From an uncultured Candidatus Bathyarchaeia archaeon (GTDB taxonomy: Archaea; Thermoproteota; Bathyarchaeia; Bathyarchaeales; Bathycorpusculaceae), in contig CAYVGZ010000047.1 in NCBI GenBank assembly GCA_964450845.1, positions 1 to 12,195 on the forward strand: 12,195 bases of DNA, written 5' to 3'. Numbering within the stretch: the stretch's first letter is position 1; the number at the start of each line of letters is the position of its first letter. The position numbers and the translations under genes are program-made. A model generated the notes under the pieces. That model searched no databases. It was not told the origin of the DNA and saw nothing but the letters and a program-made list of their open reading frames with translations. This document shows, in pieces, positions 7,801 through 12,195 of the stretch.

Positions 7801-8240
7801 CTTATTGGCCCTGCAAAATAAACAGCAAGGTAGCGCGTCCGATCACGATTAGTTTTAATTTTTACTTTTGCTACTCCTTGCAGAGGCGCAGCTGTGAGAC
7901 CCTCTGTAAGAATTGCAAGTGCCGTGCGTATGGCTTGTTCAGCTGCAGCCTCAGCCTCCATATGTCCAAATTTGCCATAAACAATTTCTTCAGCAATTTT
8001 AAATGCCAATTCTTCCCTTGGAAGCTTTACACTCAACTCTCTGATGCTTTCAGCGACACCCTTTGGTCCTACAAGCCCTTCTACAAGGTCAGCAAGGTCT
8101 CTAGCAATTCTGCATTCTGTTTTTAATGTTGGGTCAAGTCCTTTTTCTCTGGCTTTTTCACTTATCGCGTATAGTTGCATGAGTTTGCTTTCCAAGTTTT
8201 CTACATATTGCCGATATGGCTGGCTCATTGGGCTGTTCAA
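4824..8240 (-). CDS. polC: DNA polymerase D large subunit (DP2), intein-free
   Basis: AGPIRSAGGT, GGFRLRYGRARNTG, GSRMGRPEKAK, YKDGTTRFDSTNAPLTHF, catalytic KRRDCDGDED (5559-5588), central 4xCxxC and C-terminal CKSC/CSAC zinc modules, terminal QISLTDFA. Start placed at TTG 8240, 6 nt after GAGGAGG (8253-8247); ATG 8228 is an alternative. Confidence 0.99.
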   Translation of the reverse strand: MNSPMSQPYRQYVENLESKLMQLYAISEKAREKGLDPTLKTECRIARDLADLVEGLVGPKGVAESIRELSVKLPREELAFKIAEEIVYGKFGHMEAEAAAEQAIRTALAILTEGLTAAPLQGVAKVKIKTNRDRTRYLAVYFAGPIRSAGGTDQALTLVVGDFVRRLSGLDRYKPTEEEISRFIEEMRLYERSVGRFQYHISDEELRKALEWLPVEVTGTESDPVEVSSFRNLPRIETNRVRGGALRVVNDGVIGRALKVLAIIEKLGIQGWDWLKEFRKKSERKSAGFMDDVIAGRPVFSFPSRRGGFRLRYGRARNTGLAAVGIHPATMLVLNGFLAAGTQLRLELPGKGGIAVPVDSVEPPIVLLRDGSVVRVSVENFKEIKGEIEKILFLGDILISFGDFLYNSKLLAPSGYVEEWWAEDLLKPLAGRFNGDFESAAKTMNIPAERLKVFLENPFANKPSVREAVSLSLTLHVPLHPAFTFFWSNLSSIDELQMLIKWLLNAEVSYENGFVNKIVGGMETNAKKALEALCLPHKVLDGKITIEGDYACAFAFCLGYGQSKNVDFSSAKSLLEAISLLSGVHVLEKAPTLVGSRMGRPEKAKRREMKPLVHVLFPVGLAGGAQRDVMEAVKKEHVAVEVVKRKCPICDTYTFKVKCPACGSETVYEKTCPRCGKNLKGNECSVCKLPAKNYQRQIVNFRELLESTCSRLGVSMPKVLKGVKGLTNETRTPEIIEKGILRAKYDLSVYKDGTTRFDSTNAPLTHFKPAEIGVPVEKLRQLGYAQDIYDMPLTDSNQICELKLQDVVIPMKCVEYFIRVANFIDEMLMKVYGLPPYYNVKRMEDLVGHLVVGLAPHTSVGILGRIVGFTNLNICYAHPIWHSAKRRDCDGDEDALMLALDTLLDFSHGYLPAQIGGIMDAPLLLIPIVNTQEVQRQVHDVDVADVYPLEFYEKTWENVEARHVSRLIDLIEYRLGTEAQFEGFKSTTPVSNINMGNAESAYKQFKTMVEKLNSQLELAEKIEAVDAKKVALKVLTRHFIRDIAGNLRAFSTQGFRCKSCNRRFRRLPLRGVCSACGGPLTLTVYRGGIEKYLEAAQSLIDKYRLPRYYAQRILLVKEEINALFGGKKPKQISLTDFA

Positions 8241-8289
8241 GGTATGCCTCCTCAAACTCTCGTGTTTATTAGTTTATTTTGTTTTTCTC

Positions 8290-8305
8290 AAATAAAAATC
8301 AAAAA
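8290..8305 (-). terminator. oligo-T tract: possible terminator of the upstream genes and/or TATA element for polC
   Basis: Minus strand TTTTTGATTTTTATTT, ~20 nt after the stop at 8325 and ~50 nt before the polC start, in the only long (84 nt) gap of this gene run. Confidence 0.35.
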
Positions 8306-8324
8306 TTGTGTCTGCTGGAAACCT

Positions 8325-8636
8325 TTACTCCGTGTGAATTCTACACAAAAATAGTGTGCCCCATTTTTCTTTTGAGTGCCCTGTGGACTTCGCATAAGCT
8401 TCTATTGCCGCTTTGCTTCGCCTATCAACGCATTCTTTACAGCGCACATGCCTCAAATCAGATGGTCCATCACATACTCCACAGTTAAGTATCAAAACCT
8501 CGCCTAGACCTCGCAGCGTCGCCCACGCATATTCTTGCTCATCATATTGCGGTTCAAAATCTGGCCAGACATCATAGATGTTTTCATCTCCTAAAATTTT
8601 CTTTAAAGCGTTAAAATAGTTTTCAAAAGCCGTCAA
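8325..8636 (-). CDS. hypothetical protein with CxxC-x13-CxxC (probable zinc site), 103 aa
   Basis: Fills the gap between GGGPS and polC on the same strand; TTG start 7 nt after the GGGPS stop; sequence GEVLILNCGVCDGPSDLRHVRCKECV. Confidence 0.8.
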   Translation of the reverse strand: MTAFENYFNALKKILGDENIYDVWPDFEPQYDEQEYAWATLRGLGEVLILNCGVCDGPSDLRHVRCKECVDRRSKAAIEAYAKSTGHSKEKWGTLFLCRIHTE

Positions 8637-8643
8637 ATGCCTT

Positions 8644-9396
8644 TCACATTCTAAATCGCTTTATGCCCTCTACAATTTCGGCCACTTTACTCTTGACTTC
8701 AGCGTTTTCAATGACATTGCCTGTAACTATTATGTCAGCACCTGCAGAAGCTGTAGCCAACGCTTGACTTCTGGATTTTATGCCTCCTCCAACAATTAAA
8801 GGAACATCAATTTGGCTCTTAACTAAGCGCGTCATTTCCGGAGGAACAGGTCTCCTCACACCTGATCCAGCTTCTAAATATATGAACCGCATACCCAAAT
8901 ATTGCCCTGCCAGAGCATGGGCGGCAACAAGTTCAGGTTTGTTATATGGAACTGGAACTGCTTTGCCTACAACACTGGCAGTGCCGCCGTCACCAACAAT
9001 TATATACCCCAAAGGAATCGGCTCTAAACGATGTTTTTTTATTAGTGGAGCGCCTAAAACTTGAGCGCCCATTAAGAAGTAGGGATCAGCAGAGTTTAGG
9101 AGCGACATGAACCATATAGCATCAGCGTAACGACTTATGCCCGTCACGTTGTTTGGGAAAAGAATTATCGGAATTTTGACAGTGCGCTTAACAGCCTTGA
9201 CAACGCCATCCAAGTGTGCAGTAGAAAAAAATGTGGAACCGCCAATCATGATGGCCGAGGTTCCGCTCAATTTTGCTTTGTTAGCGATCCTCGATGCTTG
9301 AGGGGACGTTACTTTTTCAGGGTCTATGAGAGTTATGTGAATAGTGCCTTCAGCCTCGATTTTCTCAAGCAAGTATTTTTCAACACGCCCTATCAT
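8644..9396 (-). CDS. pcrB: geranylgeranylglyceryl phosphate synthase (GGGPS, group II)
   Basis: HITLIDPEK, AIMIGGST, PIILFPNN, FMSLLNS.DPYF, YLEAGSG, PLIVGGGI, GADIIVTGN; ~250-aa TIM barrel. Confidence 0.96.
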   Translation of the reverse strand: MIGRVEKYLLEKIEAEGTIHITLIDPEKVTSPQASRIANKAKLSGTSAIMIGGSTFFSTAHLDGVVKAVKRTVKIPIILFPNNVTGISRYADAIWFMSLLNSADPYFLMGAQVLGAPLIKKHRLEPIPLGYIIVGDGGTASVVGKAVPVPYNKPELVAAHALAGQYLGMRFIYLEAGSGVRRPVPPEMTRLVKSQIDVPLIVGGGIKSRSQALATASAGADIIVTGNVIENAEVKSKVAEIVEGIKRFRM

Positions 9397-9410
9397 AAAG
9401 ATCAGCCTAA

Positions 9411-9677
9411 CTAGGCGTCTTTAACCTCGAGTGCAGAGACTTTTTTAGAGCCTCCGTAAATTTTGTCTGTAAACGTGCAGTAAACGTCTATCTCGCCTTG
9501 TGCGGGTTTAACTTGAAACTCCTCTTTTAAGCCGCAACTGCCACAACCCACAACAGCACGACCTTCCTCACGAAAAATTTCAACCCTAACAGTCTCCTTT
9601 CCACATCTAGGGCAAGGGAAAAATCTAGGCAAACGCTTCTTGGGAATGCGAACAACCTTTCTCCTTCTTCGCCCCAT
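9411..9677 (-). CDS. elf1: transcription elongation factor Elf1 (zinc ribbon)
   Basis: MGRRRRK basic N-terminus, FPCPRCG...V.CGSCG zinc ribbon, DVYCTFTD motif. Confidence 0.95.
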   Translation of the reverse strand: MGRRRRKVVRIPKKRLPRFFPCPRCGKETVRVEIFREEGRAVVGCGSCGLKEEFQVKPAQGEIDVYCTFTDKIYGGSKKVSALEVKDA

Positions 9678-9734
9678 GTCCAGATCCTTCTATACCGTAA
9701 AACCCAACACCATACCAATATTTTATGTTTGCCC

Positions 9735-9741
9735 TTAAATA
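9735..9741. promoter_or_regulatory. candidate TATA element in the divergent elf1/nadE intergenic region
   Basis: TTAAATA (reverse TATTTAA) ~36 nt upstream of the nadE TTG; GGAGA at 9764-9768 could be the nadE ribosome-binding site. Confidence 0.4.
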
Positions 9742-9777
9742 CTTGCCTATAAGCATAAACAATGGAGATGTATCAAC

Positions 9778-10620
9778 TTGAAATTGACACCTACCACTCT
9801 ACATTTAGATTGGCAAGAAGTGGAGGCAAAAGTAAAACGGTTTATTAAAGACTATGTGGAAAAATCCGGAACAAAAGGCTTAGTTTTGGGTTTATCTGGA
9901 GGAATTGACAGCTGCACTGTGGCTGCACTTTCTGCACTAGCTATAGGTGGGGACAAAGTCTTGGGGCTTTTTCTGCCAGAAAAAGAGACATATAACCGCA
10001 AAGACGCTGAGCATGCTGAGCTTGTAGCCAAAAAGTTTGGCTTTAAAACACAAACGGTTGATATCACCTCAACTTTAAAAGCCTTCTACACATCGATGCC
10101 CATTTTTGACCCAGCAGACAACATGTGTAAAGGTAATATAAAGGCAAGAACACGAATGATTTACATTTACTATTATGCTAATAAGCTTAACATGCTTGTT
10201 TGTGGAAGTTCAGATAAGTCGGAAACGATGATGGGGTACTTTACAAAATGGGGAGATGTTGCAGCCGACATATCGCCAATAATGGACTTATACAAAACGC
10301 AGGTTAGAAAGCTTGCACAACATATAGGCATCCCCAAGGTGATAGTGACAAAACCATCTTCACCAGCATTATGGCCAGGTCAACTTGCAGAAAGCGAACT
10401 CGGCATGAAATATGAACAGTTAGACCTCATTCTTTATGGGCTTGAACATTTCATGAAAACAGAGGAAATAGCAAAACAGTTGAACGTGGAGAAGGATTTA
10501 GTGGATAGAGTAAAGCGCAGATGGCTTTCCGTAGAACATAAAAGGCGAATGTTATTAACATCAAAACTTCAATACCGAACAATAGGTATAGATTTCAGAC
10601 TCCCACGCAGTTATTATTAA
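9778..10620 (+). CDS. nadE: NAD+ synthetase, synthetase subunit
   Basis: LGLSGGIDS ATP-pyrophosphatase loop, GNIKARTRM, GYFTKWGD, SPIMDLYKTQV, LWPGQ..E.ELG..YEQLD, EHKRR; TTG start. Confidence 0.97.
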   Translation: MKLTPTTLHLDWQEVEAKVKRFIKDYVEKSGTKGLVLGLSGGIDSCTVAALSALAIGGDKVLGLFLPEKETYNRKDAEHAELVAKKFGFKTQTVDITSTLKAFYTSMPIFDPADNMCKGNIKARTRMIYIYYYANKLNMLVCGSSDKSETMMGYFTKWGDVAADISPIMDLYKTQVRKLAQHIGIPKVIVTKPSSPALWPGQLAESELGMKYEQLDLILYGLEHFMKTEEIAKQLNVEKDLVDRVKRRWLSVEHKRRMLLTSKLQYRTIGIDFRLPRSYY

Positions 10621-10642
10621 ACTGGTAAGGAGAGTATAGTAA

Positions 10643-11476
10643 ATGGAAGCGAAAATAAAAATAGCCTTAGCACAAATAGGCTGCAAACGTGAAGACAAAG
10701 CAGAAAACCTAGCCAAAATGGAGAAAGCCACGACTAAAGCCAAAAAACAAAACGCAGACCTTGTGATTTTTCCAGAACTTTCATTGACTGGCTACGTAGT
10801 TAGAGACCAAATCTATGAGCTGGCAGAAACAATACCGGGGCAATCAACCAAAGTCATAGAAAACATAGCCAAAAAAACAAAAGCACACATCGTTTTTGGC
10901 ATGCCAGAGCTAAGCGAAAAAGCACAAGCAACAATTTACAATACCGCTGTTCTTGTAGGCCCTGAAGGCATTATCGGAAAATATAGAAAAATGTATCTTC
11001 CAACTCACAGCGTCTTCGAAGAAAAAAGATACTTCCGCCCGGGATACCAAACGGCAGTATTTGATACGAAGCTTGGAAAAATAGGCTTAATCATATGCTA
11101 CGATATTTTCTTTCCAGAAGTGAGCCGACTAACGCGCCTAAAAGGAGCCCAATTAATAGTCTGCATTTCTGCTTCACCATCCACTCGACGAACGTTTCTT
11201 GAAACATTAACGGTGGCTAGAGCCATAGAAAACACGGCTTTTCTAGCTTACGCTAATTTGGTAGGTATAGAGGATGGGTTACAGTTTTGGGGAGGAAGCA
11301 GACTTGTTGGACCTAATGGGAAAGTTCTTGTTCAGGCGAAATATGATGAGGAAGACCTTGTGATGTGTGATGTTGATTACGCTGACATGAGATCAGTAGA
11401 AACATTTGTTCCAACTTTAAGAGATTTGCGACCTGAACTCTTTGACGAACTGAAAAACCACGCGAAAAACTTGTAA
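10643..11476 (+). CDS. carbon-nitrogen hydrolase (nitrilase superfamily); candidate glutaminase subunit of NAD synthetase
   Basis: Catalytic triad contexts FPELSLTGY (Glu), YRKMYLP (Lys), ICYD (Cys); 22 nt after nadE, with AGGAG at 10628-10632. Confidence 0.93.
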   Translation: MEAKIKIALAQIGCKREDKAENLAKMEKATTKAKKQNADLVIFPELSLTGYVVRDQIYELAETIPGQSTKVIENIAKKTKAHIVFGMPELSEKAQATIYNTAVLVGPEGIIGKYRKMYLPTHSVFEEKRYFRPGYQTAVFDTKLGKIGLIICYDIFFPEVSRLTRLKGAQLIVCISASPSTRRTFLETLTVARAIENTAFLAYANLVGIEDGLQFWGGSRLVGPNGKVLVQAKYDEEDLVMCDVDYADMRSVETFVPTLRDLRPELFDELKNHAKNL

Positions 11477-11493
11477 AACAAAAGCTTCGTTTT

Positions 11494-12195
11494 CTAAGGA
11501 GCCCTCTTGAGCGCTTTGACAGCCTTTTCTATGCGGTTTAATGCTTCTTCCAACTGTTCATACGCCGCAGCATAGGAAATTCTTATGTATCCTTCACCAT
11601 AGCTGCCAAAAGACGAGCCGGGAACTGTTGCAATATGGGCATTTTTTATAAGAATTTCTGCAAATTCATCTGAGGACACGCCGAAATTTTTTATCTTTGG
11701 GAAAACGTAGAAAGCGCCCTTTGGTAGGATACAGTTAAAGCCTTCAATCTCATTAAGCCTCTTGTAAACTAAGTGTCGTCGCCTATCAAATTCTTGCACC
11801 ATTTCCTTAACAAAATCTTGTGATCCTTTTAATGCTGCTAAGGCAATGTACTGTGCTAAGGTATCTACACATGCGACTACGTATTGATGTGCAAGCCAAA
11901 TAGGAGAAATAAGCTCCCTCGGCCCGTAAACAAATCCAACCCGCAAACCAGTCATTGCGTAAGTTTTAGAGAAGGAATTAGTAACTAATGTTCGTTCGCG
12001 CATTTCTGGAAAAGTTGCAGCACAATGATGATGAGCGTTATCATAAATTATCTTTTCATACACCTCATCGGAAATCACAATCATGTCCTGCTCGACCGCA
12101 ATCTTCGCCAAAGCAGCAACCTCATCATAAGAAAGAACAGCACCAGTCGGGTTATTCGGATAATTCAAAATCATCACATGTGACTTCTCCGTGAT
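11494..12195 (-). CDS. PLP-dependent class I/II aminotransferase (aspartate aminotransferase-like); 5' end outside the window
   Basis: Frame is open to the window edge (ITEKSHVMILNYPNNPTG); ISDEVYE, NSFSKTYAMTGLRVG (PLP lysine), PKGAFYVF, PGSSFG...EGYIRISYA. Confidence 0.95.
   Translation of the reverse strand: MTEKSHVMILNYPNNPTGAVLSYDEVAALAKIAVEQDMIVISDEVYEKIIYDNAHHHCAATFPEMRERTLVTNSFSKTYAMTGLRVGFVYGPRELISPIWLAHQYVVACVDTLAQYIALAALKGSQDFVKEMVQEFDRRRHLVYKRLNEIEGFNCILPKGAFYVFPKIKNFGVSSDEFAEILIKNAHIATVPGSSFGSYGEGYIRISYAAAYEQLEEALNRIEKAVKALKRAP

Noticed and set aside
5059-8488. Short ORFs within or overlapping polC and the Cys4 gene
   Set aside because: Shadow frames of well-supported genes.
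8780-12194. Short ORFs overlapping GGGPS, elf1, nadE, the nitrilase and the aminotransferase
   Set aside because: Shadow frames with no independent evidence.
1-12195. CRISPR arrays, tRNA/rRNA, IS elements, integrases, defence genes, replication origin boxes
   Set aside because: No regularly spaced repeats, cloverleaf or T-loop motifs, terminal inverted repeats or relevant protein motifs were seen by eye. All intergenic gaps are under 260 nt; small ncRNAs cannot be excluded without covariance-model searches.

Overview
Archaeal chromosomal housekeeping region, roughly 40% GC by eye. PolD large subunit together with Elf1 points to a non-crenarchaeal TACK or Asgard lineage. Frequent TTG starts with Shine-Dalgarno motifs fit Candidatus Bathyarchaeia best (inference). 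I find 14 CDSs. Two are missing from the ORF track: a DUF2070 membrane protein running off the left edge and a 56-aa Sec61beta/SecG. In coordinate order: DUF2070(-), divergent Sm-like(+), sec61beta(-), glyA(+), Fe-S flavoprotein(+), MazG-like(+), wHTH(-), polC/DP2(-), Cys4 hypothetical(-), GGGP synthase(-), elf1(-), nadE(+), nitrilase-fold amidase(+), class I/II aminotransferase(-, 5'-truncated). No tRNA, rRNA, CRISPR array, transposase, integrase or intein was seen. The best-supported lead is the nadE + nitrilase pair: both halves carry signatures of glutamine-dependent NAD synthetases, suggesting a split two-subunit enzyme (precedent exists in Thermus). More speculative leads are an Sm-fold protein lacking the canonical uridine-binding residues, a wHTH behind DP2 ending in a PIP-like motif, and a stand-alone Cys4 protein in the elf1-GGGPS-polC run. 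Nothing here clearly qualifies as a wholly new system. All family calls are from motif recognition, not database searches.
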